DNA of 43,312 nucleotides from a virus (IMGVR_UViG_2565956616_000006:1-43312), one strand, 5' to 3'. Counted from the first letter of the stretch, positions 21,679-31,340 are shown. The notes: generated by a model from the sequence alone, not told the origin. Numbers and translations: made by a program.

Positions 21679-21840
21679 ATGGCTATTTCAGTAAAGCCGG
21701 TATTGATAAGTGAGAAGCAAATGGAAGCGATAAAGAAAATTCAGGAAGAGCAGCGTAAAAAATCAGGAATTGGAGTAGCGCCAACTCTGCATGAAATTGC
21801 ACGAGGGTTAATAGATAAGGCGCTGGCAGGCTGTATGTGA
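21679..21840 (+). CDS. Small hypothetical protein (53 aa), first gene of cargo operon
   Basis: ATG with AAGGGGGCG RBS; below the 60-aa cutoff of the ORF track; translated by hand (MAISVKPVLISEKQMEAIKK...). Confidence 0.4.
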   Translation: MAISVKPVLISEKQMEAIKKIQEEQRKKSGIGVAPTLHEIARGLIDKALAGCM

Positions 21841-21856
21841 AAATGGATGGCATCGC

Positions 21857-22318
21857 ATGGAACTAAAATTTATTGATAACCCTGTGCGATTACAGGCCTT
21901 TCTTAACGAGCCAGGCAATACCGAAAATATTGTTGAGCCGGGGCACACGTACTACATCAAGCCTGATGCGGTATATCTCGGCATCTACGAAGGATTGGTG
22001 CTGGCTGGCGTTCATGAAGTGCGTAACTTCTGGCATAGCATTGTTGAATGCCATGCGGTGTACGACCCCGGATTCCGTGGTGAATATGCACTGCAAGGGC
22101 ATCGATTATTCTGCAAATGGCTTCTCGAAAACTCACCATTCCTTAACAGCATTACCATGGTTCCTGACACCACCAAATACGGACGGGCAATTATCCGTTT
22201 GCTTGGCGCTACCCGTGTTGGTCACCTTGATGATGCTTATATCAGATGTGGTAAACCCGTCGGCGTAACGCTTTATCAGTTAACTCGGCAACAATATAAG
22301 GAATTCAGCGAATGTTAA
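21857..22318 (+). CDS. gp14-like protein, island copy (153 aa)
   Basis: Weak but colinear similarity to the prophage gp14 at 2699-3154 (e.g. FDCHAMYLPEVRG vs VECHAVYDPGFRG; VTFYSATREE vs VTLYQLTRQQ); same size; precedes gp7-like gene. Confidence 0.55.
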   Translation: MELKFIDNPVRLQAFLNEPGNTENIVEPGHTYYIKPDAVYLGIYEGLVLAGVHEVRNFWHSIVECHAVYDPGFRGEYALQGHRLFCKWLLENSPFLNSITMVPDTTKYGRAIIRLLGATRVGHLDDAYIRCGKPVGVTLYQLTRQQYKEFSEC

Positions 22319-22989
22319 TTACCCACATAGCTCATAAACATCTCAATCGTGCCGTATACGAAAAAGGCGGTGATGGTGGTGCCTCTAAAGCTCAGGCGAA
22401 GGCCCAGCAGCAGGCAATTGATTTGCAGCGCGAGCAGTGGAATACGGTGATGAATAATCTCAAGCCGTATGCAGAAGTCGGATTGCCTGCTTTACAACAA
22501 CTACAAGGACTGATGACTCTGGAAGGGCAGAATAAAGCCGCGAATGATTTCTTTGGTTCTGGTTTATATAAAACACAGGCAGATCAGGCCCGTTATCAGA
22601 ACCTTGTCTCAGCAGAAGCTACCGGGGGGCTTGGCTCAACAGCTACCAGTAACCAGTTATCTTCCATTGCGCCCATGCTTTATAACAATTGGCTTAGTGG
22701 GCAAATGCAAAATTATGGAAACCTGCTAAATGTCGGGATGAATGCGGCATCAGGGCAGGCAACAGCAGGGCAAAACTACGCCAATAATACCGGGCAACTC
22801 TTGCAGGGGCTTGGCGCTATTCGTGCAGGTCAGGCGCAGCAGCCATCCAGTCTTGCGCGTGGTATTGGTGGGGCGGCATCAGGCGCTTTAGCGGGTGCGC
22901 AACTTGGTTCCGTTGTTCCGGGTATAGGTAATGTCGCCGGGGCTATTGGTGGTGGGCTTATTGGTCTTGTTGGGGGGCTTGGATTCTAA
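22312..22989 (+). CDS. Ejection protein gp7-like, island copy (225 aa)
   Basis: Clear similarity to prophage gp7 at 3157-3852 (NT.MNNLKP..., ARYQ.L..AEATGGLGSTATSNQL..IAP...WLSGQM.NY.NL, Gly-rich C-terminus). Confidence 0.75.
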   Translation: MLITHIAHKHLNRAVYEKGGDGGASKAQAKAQQQAIDLQREQWNTVMNNLKPYAEVGLPALQQLQGLMTLEGQNKAANDFFGSGLYKTQADQARYQNLVSAEATGGLGSTATSNQLSSIAPMLYNNWLSGQMQNYGNLLNVGMNAASGQATAGQNYANNTGQLLQGLGAIRAGQAQQPSSLARGIGGAASGALAGAQLGSVVPGIGNVAGAIGGGLIGLVGGLGF

Positions 22990-24410
22990 TGGCGACATGG
23001 CAACTTGGCGGGCTGCCTAGCATGGCACCGCAAAATGATAATGCTCCTCGTTCTTCCGTTCCTCAGCCTGTGCAGTATCAGCAGCAGCCAAACGTAGGTT
23101 TAATGGCGCTACAGGGGCTAAGAGGCGTTGCTGAGATTAATCAGCAGGCACGTCAACAACAGCGTAAAGCAGAGTTTCAGAAAGCATATGCCGGGGCTTT
23201 TGAGTCTGGAGACAGAAACAAAATGCGCAGTCTTATTTCTGAGTATCCAGAAGAATTTGAAAGCGTTCAGAAAGGGATGGGCTTTATTGATGACGACCAG
23301 AGAAATTCTATTGGTCATCTTGCGACTAGTGCTCAAATCGCATCTTCGCTCGGAACTGGGGCATTTGGAAAATTCATAGCAGATAACGAAGATGAAATGC
23401 GTCGCTTGGGAATTTCTCCTGAGTCTGTTGCCGAAATGCATGTTAATGATCCACAGGGATTCCAGCGGCTTGCTGGTAGTATGGCACTGTTTTCTCTCGG
23501 TCATGAGAAGTATTTCGATATCAAAGATCAAATGGAAGGTCGGGATATTGAGCGTGGCAAGTTGGCAGAAACAATCCGCAGCAATCAGGCTGGCGAAGCA
23601 CTTCAGGCGAGAGGGCAGGATATTAGCCGAGCAAATGCGTTAACGTCAGCATATGCACCAACAGCAGCAATGCAGAATTACAATCAGTACGCTCAAATGT
23701 TAAAGGAGGATCCAGAGGGGGCGGCGGCATTTGCGGCAGCGGCTGGAATTAATACAAACGCCAAAAAATTAATGAGTGTTAGAGAAAACGATGATGGCAC
23801 TGTCACAAAATACTACACAGACGGAAGTGAAGAGCAGGGAAAACTAAACCAGCCAATATCTGGAGATGGGTTTCGTCCAATAGCTTTGCCAACAGCCCAA
23901 AAGATCATGGAAAAGTCGCCAGAAGGGGCTAAAAAAGCTGCTGGATTTGCATACAGGGTTAGGGATGCTCTTGATTCAATAGATACACTGAAAGACCAGC
24001 TTAGCCCACAGCGAGTGGCGATCATTAATAATGCTTTGGGTAATGGGACGCTGGCTAACTTAACGCTCAGCCCAACAGAGCAGCAATACGTTGTTAATGC
24101 TAATGACGCAATAATGGCAATACTCCGTCAGGAAACAGGGGCAGCTATCGTACCTGCTGAAATGTCAAAATATTATCAAATGTATTTCCCTCAGCCTGGC
24201 GACTCCACAAAAACCATTGATACCAAGCGCCGGAAGATGGAAAACCAGTTCAATTCGCTGAAAGCTGCTTCTGGTCGAGCTTATGATGCTTTGCGGGTTA
24301 TTTCAGCAGTTGACAGAGGAACTTCTTCTTCGTCGCAGACATTGCCGCAATCTGAGCAGGTATCACAGCCAGCAGCCAGCAGTAACTTTTCTTCACTATG
24401 GGGTGATTAA
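22989..24410 (+). CDS. Ejection protein gp20-like, island copy (473 aa)
   Basis: Starts MATWQ like prophage gp20; shared block [22 protein letters not shown]; similar length. Confidence 0.75.
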   Translation: MATWQLGGLPSMAPQNDNAPRSSVPQPVQYQQQPNVGLMALQGLRGVAEINQQARQQQRKAEFQKAYAGAFESGDRNKMRSLISEYPEEFESVQKGMGFIDDDQRNSIGHLATSAQIASSLGTGAFGKFIADNEDEMRRLGISPESVAEMHVNDPQGFQRLAGSMALFSLGHEKYFDIKDQMEGRDIERGKLAETIRSNQAGEALQARGQDISRANALTSAYAPTAAMQNYNQYAQMLKEDPEGAAAFAAAAGINTNAKKLMSVRENDDGTVTKYYTDGSEEQGKLNQPISGDGFRPIALPTAQKIMEKSPEGAKKAAGFAYRVRDALDSIDTLKDQLSPQRVAIINNALGNGTLANLTLSPTEQQYVVNANDAIMAILRQETGAAIVPAEMSKYYQMYFPQPGDSTKTIDTKRRKMENQFNSLKAASGRAYDALRVISAVDRGTSSSSQTLPQSEQVSQPAASSNFSSLWGD

Positions 24411-26515
24411 TGGCTAAAGCATGGAAAGATGTTATCGCCTCTCCACAGTATCAGGCGTTAGCACCAGAACAAAAAGCGCAGGCTCAGGAGCAATACTTCA
24501 ATGAAGTCGTTGCCCCGCAAGCCGGAGAAAGTGTAGAGCAGGCTAAGCAGGCTTTTTATGCTGCCTATCCACTACCATCAACGAATGAAATAGACCGAGC
24601 CCAATCAGCAACTCAAAATATTCAACATACATCATCTGATAATTCTCTTGCGTCAGGGTATGCAAAGTTAGCTACTCAGCAAAGAGAGGGGCTTGAGCGT
24701 TCAGCAGAACAGGGAGCCAGCCTTGGGGCTGCGATGCGCGATGCTATAACAGGCGAAAGCCGAATGACTCCAGAGATGGAGAGACTGCAAAATGTCGACC
24801 TTGCCCCAGAGTTAACCTCACTCAGCATGGATGCTCTAAAAGCTCGATGGTCTCAACTTTTCGGCTCTGACGCATCTCAGGAAAAGATTCTTCAGAGCAT
24901 GGGAGCGAAATTAAGGCAGGATGAGAAGGGTAACACTATCGTTTCCCTGCCATCCGGTGATTATGCTCTGAACAAGCCGGGTTTATCGCCGCAAGACGTG
25001 GCATCGTTTCTGGCTAATGCGCTGGCGTTTACACCAGCGGGCAGGGCCGGAACGGTGCTGGGGGCCATAGGGAAATCAGCAGCTACAGATTTAGCACTAC
25101 AGGGAGCCACCAGCCTCGCTGGTGGAGAAGATATTGATCCGTTACAAACGGTAATTTCTGCTGGCATTGGTGGTATTGGTAAGGGGCTGGAAAATACAGC
25201 GAGTGCGGTTTCGAGGGCTGTTCGTGGTGATATGTCGCCTGAAGCAAAGGCTGCTGTCGACTTTGCATCGGAAAGAAATCTGCCGTTAATGACCAGTGAC
25301 ATGCTGAAAGATAAAACCTTTATGCAGAGTCAGGCTCAGACATTAGGCGAAAGAGTTCCTTTTTTTGGAACCGGTAAGAATCGGCTGAATCAACAACAAG
25401 CACGAGAAAATTTAGTCAGAACATTTAGCGATGGTCTGGGTGGCATTTCTGATAAACAGCTTTATGAATCTGCGACTAAAGGGCAACAAAAATTCATTGA
25501 GGCAGCAGGAAAGCGATATAACCGCATAATTGACGCTATGGGGGATACCCCTGTCGATCTCTCAAACACGGTAAAAGCTATCGACAATCAGATTGCTGTG
25601 TTAAGCCGCCCGGGTAAATCTCAGGATAGAGCCGCGGTAAAAGTCTTGCAGCAATTTAAAGACGATATCACCAGCGGACCAAATGACCTGCGTCTGGCGA
25701 GGGAAAACAGAACCGATCTTCGAAAGCGGTTTATGGCGTCATCTGACACTGTTGATAAAGATACGCTCCAGAAAGCCAGCGATATTATCTACAAGGCATA
25801 TACGGCGGATATGAAAAAAGCCGTAGCCAAAAATCTTGGAGCAGACGAAGCCATTAATATGGCAAGGGTTGATCGCTCATGGTCTAAATTCAATGACATG
25901 ATGGGAAGAACGCGCGTTCAAAAGGCAATAGCCAGCGGCAAGGCCACGCCTGAGGATGTAACAAAACTCGTTTTTAGCCAAAGCCCATCAGAACGTTCTC
26001 AGCTTTACAGGCTTCTGGATGACAATGGTAGGCAAAACGCACGAGCAGCCATAGTTCAGAATGCTGTAGATAAGGCGACTGATCCGTCTGGAAATATCAG
26101 TGTTGAGAAGTTTATTAATGCGTTACACCGGAACAGGAAGCAATCAGCAACTTTCTTTAAAGGCGTACATGGAAAGGAACTGGACGGCGTTATTAAATAC
26201 CTCAACGATACAAGACACGCGGCAAAAGCGAACGTTCAAAACTTAAATGGTCAGCAGCTTTATGGATTGTTAGTTGGTGGTGGCATCATAAACGCAGCAG
26301 TATTAGCGGGGATGCTAAAAACGGCTGCGTTTGTTGTTCCTGCTGCTGGTGCCGTAGGCGGAGCCGCGAAGGCATACGAAAGCCCTGTTATACGAAATGC
26401 CTTGTTACGTTTGGCAAATACGCCAAAAGGTAGCACAGCATATGACAGAGCGATCAGTACGGTCACACAATCGCTCACCAGAGTCGCACAGGCATCACAA
26501 AAAGAAGCTCAATAA
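24410..26515 (+). CDS. Ejection protein gp16-like, island copy (701 aa)
   Basis: Colinear similarity to prophage gp16 (AVAKNLGA...; C-terminal [16 protein letters not shown]); position after gp20-like. Confidence 0.7.
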   Translation: MAKAWKDVIASPQYQALAPEQKAQAQEQYFNEVVAPQAGESVEQAKQAFYAAYPLPSTNEIDRAQSATQNIQHTSSDNSLASGYAKLATQQREGLERSAEQGASLGAAMRDAITGESRMTPEMERLQNVDLAPELTSLSMDALKARWSQLFGSDASQEKILQSMGAKLRQDEKGNTIVSLPSGDYALNKPGLSPQDVASFLANALAFTPAGRAGTVLGAIGKSAATDLALQGATSLAGGEDIDPLQTVISAGIGGIGKGLENTASAVSRAVRGDMSPEAKAAVDFASERNLPLMTSDMLKDKTFMQSQAQTLGERVPFFGTGKNRLNQQQARENLVRTFSDGLGGISDKQLYESATKGQQKFIEAAGKRYNRIIDAMGDTPVDLSNTVKAIDNQIAVLSRPGKSQDRAAVKVLQQFKDDITSGPNDLRLARENRTDLRKRFMASSDTVDKDTLQKASDIIYKAYTADMKKAVAKNLGADEAINMARVDRSWSKFNDMMGRTRVQKAIASGKATPEDVTKLVFSQSPSERSQLYRLLDDNGRQNARAAIVQNAVDKATDPSGNISVEKFINALHRNRKQSATFFKGVHGKELDGVIKYLNDTRHAAKANVQNLNGQQLYGLLVGGGIINAAVLAGMLKTAAFVVPAAGAVGGAAKAYESPVIRNALLRLANTPKGSTAYDRAISTVTQSLTRVAQASQKEAQ

Positions 26516-26533
26516 CTGGTAGCCATGGATGGC

Positions 26534-27148
26534 TTAGATATCTCTGCTGTCTCCATTAGGAAATAAAAGATAATATGGATTTGCCTTTCTTGCTCTCCTT
26601 GCTTCACCTGGATACCTGTTAGTCAGTAGTTTGCATAATGAGCAGAGAACAACACTCAAGAAAATTCCGAATGAGAAGATCAATATCTCACCAAAAATCA
26701 ATGGCGATATTAAATTTTCAGGATTTAATGATAAGTCAATGTTAAAAACATATTGAGCAATACCAGTAAGTATCAATAATATAATCCCTATGGAATACAT
26801 TGCTGTTTCCCAAACATCAGACAGTCTATTTTTGAATTGTTCGCTGGAGTAGTAGTTTGTTATAAAGTCAGAAAAATCACTCTCATATGCATCATCTTTA
26901 GGTGATGTTAGAAATCCTCTGTCTCTCCATACCTTCTCCCAATTAGTCGATTCTTTTTTTAAGGAAAAATAAATATGTATTGCCAAAAGGATAGCCAAAA
27001 TTGGTGTTAGCTCTAAAAAATAGAATGTTATGGAATAAATAATACTGCCATGTTCAAACTCATCTGGGACTATCATGTATGCACAAAAATAAATTGAAAA
27101 GTACACCATGCAGATAGTTAGCAATTCTTTAGTATCTTTTCTGCTCAC
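26534..27148 (-). CDS. Low-GC integral membrane protein (about 4 TM helices), candidate exclusion/abortive-infection factor
   Basis: 204 aa, hydrophobic segments, AT-rich codon usage unlike neighbours; convergent with gp16-like gene, in the position where P22 carries sieA. Confidence 0.5.
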   Translation of the reverse strand: MSRKDTKELLTICMVYFSIYFCAYMIVPDEFEHGSIIYSITFYFLELTPILAILLAIHIYFSLKKESTNWEKVWRDRGFLTSPKDDAYESDFSDFITNYYSSEQFKNRLSDVWETAMYSIGIILLILTGIAQYVFNIDLSLNPENLISPLIFGEILIFSFGIFLSVVLCSLCKLLTNRYPGEARRARKANPYYLLFPNGDSRDI

Positions 27149-28017
27149 ACCAACCCCCTTTAGCGTTGTTTAGAATGGCAATCATCATATATCCAAGACA
27201 TGGCATTTGGTACATAGCTTGGGTCGGGATTTCAAATCCGATCCCCGTTGATGGGGCCGTTACAGTACGCGCATATCCGCTTTATGTGAAACAGGAAGAT
27301 TTTTCTGATATCACTGCCACAGCAAAACACCAATTTCGTGACCAGTACGCGCGCGAGGGGTATCAGTTGCAAAAATTTTGCAACTACGTCCGACCAGTAC
27401 GCACACGATGGCGGGGGATACCATGAAACTGTTCTCTACACGAGACAGAGTGGTGGTGATGTGTTGATTATCGGCGTATATGCGCACAGGACGCGCTATG
27501 ACGATGTTTTATGCGGGTACACCAATCACATGTATCTGATGTGATAAATCGTGTTACATGACATCTCATGTTGTGCTGGTGGTTATCACGACGTTCTGAA
27601 TCTGGCCTTTGCCTGATATTTTGCGACAAGTACGCGCGCGTAGCATCGAAATTATCGGATGGCGTATGCTGCTGGCAATATGAAGACCGATAGTATTAAC
27701 CGAAAAGCGATTAAGGAGTGCCAACTTTTCAGTAGAGAAACTAGCCAGCATAGGAAAATGTAGAAATTACCCAATTAATAGGTAAAAGTTATTGACACAG
27801 CCTGTAGTGGATAACGATATGAATAAAAACCACATATAGTGGTTTTTCGTGAGTGATGATAGTATCTATGTTAGTTTCCTAAGTAACTGTGCATTGACAT
27901 GTGGATAACTTCGGATAGAGTTACAGGCAACCGAGCCCGATCCTCTGTTTCTCCGCCGCCGATTTCAGGCATGTGAGTTTCACGGTCGGGCCTTTTATTA
28001 TCTTTTGTTTCGCCACT

Positions 28018-28995
28018 ATGATTGCCGCAAAGCCTCATAAGGACTATCACGAATTGCTAGGATTGCTACTTGAACGTGGCATGATTATCAATGATCGAAA
28101 TCGTGCGATACGTAAGCTGTCGCAGGTTGGATATTATCGATTGTCAGGTTTTTGGTACCCATCAAGAATTATTGCGACAACAGATAAAGGTCTTTCGTAC
28201 AGAACAGACCGATTTCTTGCTGGTACCAGTTTCGAGAAGACGTACGATCTATATCTTTTTGACAAAAAACTGCGTCTTTTGATGATTGATGCTATCGAAA
28301 GAATAGAGATTCATGTTCGTTCAGTCATCGCGCATGAGGTTGGTCGCAATGATCCACTTGCCTACATGTCATCAAAATACATTAATCCAAAATTCTCATC
28401 TGCCTTCGAGCATTGGGTGTATAAGCAAAAAGTAAAATTAGACGAAAGCAGAGATGACTGTATTGAATGGCATCGAAGCCAAGGCAAGGAGATTCCATTT
28501 TGGGTGGCGGTGGAGACCTGGGATTTTGGTCAGATGTCTAAATATTATGCGATGCTTAATGGTCATATGCAGGGGAAAATTATACGTCGTTTTGGCATTG
28601 ATAATAAGCAGACATTTGCAAAATGGTTGAAGTGCCTTAATCTCATAAGGAATCGTTGCGCTCACCATTCCAGAATATGGAATAGAAAGCATCCCCGAGT
28701 TCCAGTACCGGATAATGAATACTTTGACGGACTTAATCTCCATCCAGAGAGTTGCGAGAGGATTTTTAGCGCGATCTGTATTATCTGGTACTTAGTTAAA
28801 CGACTTGGTCCGGGATCAACATGGCTTCGGCAAATTGCAGACCTTATTGACTCTAAACCAAATGTTCCCGGATGTGGATATGATTCAATGGGTTTACCTG
28901 CTAAAGGATTCCCACGAGAGAGATTCTCTCAGGACTTAGGTTTTGTTATCGCCGACAACGACCCTGTAGCTGAAGGGCGGAAAGGGAGCGATTGA
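28018..28995 (+). CDS. Abortive infection protein, Abi_2 (AbiD/AbiF-like) family
   Basis: N-terminal motif KPHKDYHELLGLLLERGMIIND...VGYYRLSGFWYP typical of AbiD/AbiF-like proteins; ORF track start 27973 is GTG, ATG at 28018 preferred. Confidence 0.65.
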   Translation: MIAAKPHKDYHELLGLLLERGMIINDRNRAIRKLSQVGYYRLSGFWYPSRIIATTDKGLSYRTDRFLAGTSFEKTYDLYLFDKKLRLLMIDAIERIEIHVRSVIAHEVGRNDPLAYMSSKYINPKFSSAFEHWVYKQKVKLDESRDDCIEWHRSQGKEIPFWVAVETWDFGQMSKYYAMLNGHMQGKIIRRFGIDNKQTFAKWLKCLNLIRNRCAHHSRIWNRKHPRVPVPDNEYFDGLNLHPESCERIFSAICIIWYLVKRLGPGSTWLRQIADLIDSKPNVPGCGYDSMGLPAKGFPRERFSQDLGFVIADNDPVAEGRKGSD

Positions 28996-29024
28996 GCGAT
29001 AAATATCATTTATACACTGATCAA

Positions 29025-29453
29025 TTACTGAAGCAGCGTATTGATTCTTTTAATATTGTTACCCTGACGCTTCCACGCGCTGTAAATGTCTTTATCCCAC
29101 GCTTTACCAGCTTTTGTTTGGTAGCCTGCTTCATTGAGCCGTTCCGCTATCACACGCCCATTATCAAATCCCTGTCGGATGGTATCGGCAATGATCTTTA
29201 TAACTGCCGTTTCGTTATATGGCTTTGGTGGGATGTTCGGCTTTCCGGCAATAAGCGACGCAGCGGCTTTTTCCATGCGCTCCACCAGCCCAAGCATTCG
29301 TGAATCAATAGACTTTTCCGGCTGTCCCAGCTTCATGCGAATCGCATCAACAAGCCAGGAGGTTTTATCCCCTCCAGAAGCGAGAACAGACCGATTAAAC
29401 TCATCCTGCAATTCAGATGGGATGCGGAACGCGACCAGATTAGATTTGCTCAT
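29025..29453 (-). CDS. Putative transcriptional regulator with ribbon-helix-helix N-terminus
   Basis: MSKSNLVAFRIPSELQDEFNRSVLASGGDKTSWLVDAIRMKL resembles Arc/CopG-type RHH; start taken at internal ATG 29453. Confidence 0.45.
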   Translation of the reverse strand: MSKSNLVAFRIPSELQDEFNRSVLASGGDKTSWLVDAIRMKLGQPEKSIDSRMLGLVERMEKAAASLIAGKPNIPPKPYNETAVIKIIADTIRQGFDNGRVIAERLNEAGYQTKAGKAWDKDIYSAWKRQGNNIKRINTLLQ

Positions 29454-29562
29454 TGCAAAGACCATATCAGTGAGTAATATCCATACAGTATACCACTGTA
29501 TAACACTGTTATACGCTCAAATATCAGCCAGAAAATAACGGACCAATCACAAAGCTATCGCT

Positions 29563-29696
29563 GTGTTGTTGGTTCAGAGCTGGGCTGTGTTGGTTCAAAA
29601 TGAGTTGATGTTGGTTCAATATTTCAGAAAAAACACAATAAAAACAACGATCTTTACAAATTGAACCAACTGAACCAACTGAACCAACACCTTTTT
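29563..29696. repeat. ori-like iteron cluster 2, inverted copy of cluster 1
   Basis: Reverse complement of 29652-29695 is identical to 21113-21156 (44 bp); same TTGGTTCA/TGAACCAAC content in mirrored order. Confidence 0.7.
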
Positions 29697-29724
29697 GCTT
29701 ATCTATATAATCTGAGAGGCAGAA

Positions 29725-30012
29725 ATGATAAGGGACAGGAAAGCTGAAGAACTGGAGTCAAAAGGGCTATACCGGAGAGCTGCCGCACGATGGGCAGAAG
29801 TCATGATGCTGGCAGATGGCGATAAAGAACGTGAACATGCAGCAAACAGACGCTCTGAATGTATCCGTAAGGCGGCACGCCCACCAGCAACTACAGACAG
29901 ATTCGGAGATTTAAGACAGGCAGTTAAGCGGACTCATTCGGCTCTTGGTATGGATGAGGAAGCGAGAGGGTATTTCAGGCGTTATCGCGATAAAGATTGC
30001 CAGAGACAGTAA
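29725..30012 (+). CDS. PerC-family-like transcriptional activator (95 aa)
   Basis: N-terminus MIRDRKAEELESKGLYRRAAARW resembles PerC-like proteins (from memory). Confidence 0.45.
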   Translation: MIRDRKAEELESKGLYRRAAARWAEVMMLADGDKEREHAANRRSECIRKAARPPATTDRFGDLRQAVKRTHSALGMDEEARGYFRRYRDKDCQRQ

Positions 30013-30354
30013 TGCTCTCTCTGTTTTGGCAAATTACCCCTCACTTTGAAGGGATCGGAGCTATAAAAATGGTGTTATCCGGCTTCCTGCATTGCAGGTT
30101 TTCGAAAGAATCAATGGGTTAGGTTATCGTGCAAATTTGCACTCTGCCAGCCAACGCAATTTCTCGTTGGCGGAAATATCAGGTATTTACTGAACGAACG
30201 GTCTACCCGCCTGTTCAACTACCAGTTGTACATGGCTGCTTTATGTGCAAATGGTGGTGAGAGAAAATTGTTTGGGGGTACTTTTGGGGGTATCTCCAAA
30301 GATGTAACTGGAAAATGTCTTTATATATCAATGTATTTTTATTGTTTGTTTTGT

Positions 30355-30372
30355 TCCTATTATCGGCACCAT
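30355..30372 (+). repeat. att direct repeat copy B (TCCTATTATCGGCACCAT)
   Basis: Exact 18-nt copy of the tRNA 3' core. Confidence 0.8.
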
Positions 30373-30975
30373 CAAGAAAATCAATAACTTAGCTTAACTT
30401 CTCTAAGAAATTGTATCTTCTGTTATCACTTACAAACGCCTATACGTTGTTATGGGCTTTGGTAGTGTAACACGTATGGGCGAGTAGTTCCCAGGCTCAA
30501 CCTCGTAACAAGTTCCTTTGAAGCTGGAAGACGTGCCACCGTCTCTAAACCTTCTACCAAAACTCTTAGCAAGATGTTCCACACCTGGCGCGGTGTCCAA
30601 TGATGCCACACGTCGTGAGACGTTGCAGAGGATAAACAGGCTAAATGATGGGAAGAGTTTTAAGTGCAATAGTGGATTAAAGCCCACCTCTTCAAAACCT
30701 AACTTGATCGGGAAAGAATCAAGCTCTAGCACGGTTTCGTCCACCGGAGTACAACGGGTGCCTGATAAGAGAAGAACTGCTAAGACTTCATAGCTTTTGT
30801 GAAAAAGCCCTTTTAGTGGATACGCCTACGGCGCTTATTTTTTGGTATAACCATCAAAGGCGCTTTATGGCTCCTATTGTCTTGAAAATGTATCTTTACT
30901 TGTATTGTGTTTTATGCGTAGTCTCCCTGTGTAGTATGTAACTTGTTAATTTTCATATGAATACAGAGGCACACG

Positions 30976-31134
30976 ATGAAAAACATTGCAGCTATCAAAC
31001 GTAATAACCGCAAGATTCACGCTCGTAAGTTCCTGTCTACGCCAGAAGGAAAAGCCTGGCTAGAGCGTAAACAGAGAGAGAACGAAGAAAGAAAACTCCT
31101 TAGTGAGTTGAAATGGCTTAGAGAGGATTTCTGA
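30976..31134 (+). CDS. Small basic hypothetical protein (52 aa)
   Basis: ATG with GAGG RBS; hand translation MKNIAAIKRNNRKIHARKFLSTPEGKAWLERKQRENEERKLLSELKWLREDF. Confidence 0.3.
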   Translation: MKNIAAIKRNNRKIHARKFLSTPEGKAWLERKQRENEERKLLSELKWLREDF

Positions 31135-31299
31135 AAATCTCCAGAACGCAACAGGGCGCATTCTAACGCTGTTTTCATTGCTCGGTATAGGGATGTATAG
31201 GTGATGTGTGTTTAATGCGTCTGTGAGCTTGTTTTATGTCTTATTTTGCATTTTCATAATGCAGGAGAGAACACGGAAAGCCTTAAAATTAATTATTGG

Positions 31300-31340
31300 G
31301 GTATTTAAGGCTATTTTTAGGGTATTTAAGGGTATTAAAC
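31300..31340. repeat. Direct repeats of GGTATTTAAGG (2 full + 1 partial), followed by phased TAAATA A-tracts to about 31460
   Basis: Seen directly; AT-rich, ORF-free. Confidence 0.5.

Larger units (their letters stand above)
11851..30372. mobile_element. P4/PICI-like satellite-type genomic island (island 1, about 18.5 kb)
   Basis: Bounded by att repeats A and B; integrase-AlpA-small genes-primase/helicase-iteron ori-cargo. Confidence 0.7.

Noticed and set aside
27221-27250. tRNA-like T-arm motif (GGGATTTCAAATCCGATCCCC)
   Set aside because: Too short, no acceptor stem or CCA context; could be an old att remnant but not supportable.
27166-27544. Overlapping ORFs of 86 and 68 aa
   Set aside because: No RBS, and they overlap the CAGTACGCGC repeat region; more likely non-coding.
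29134-29538. 134-aa plus-strand ORF
   Set aside because: Antisense to the RHH regulator gene (29025-29453); Ser/Ala-rich and unconvincing.
30430-30793. Overlapping ORF pair on opposite strands (104 and 91 aa) just inside island 2
   Set aside because: No RBS or recognisable domain and mutually exclusive; possibly a gene remnant, not callable.
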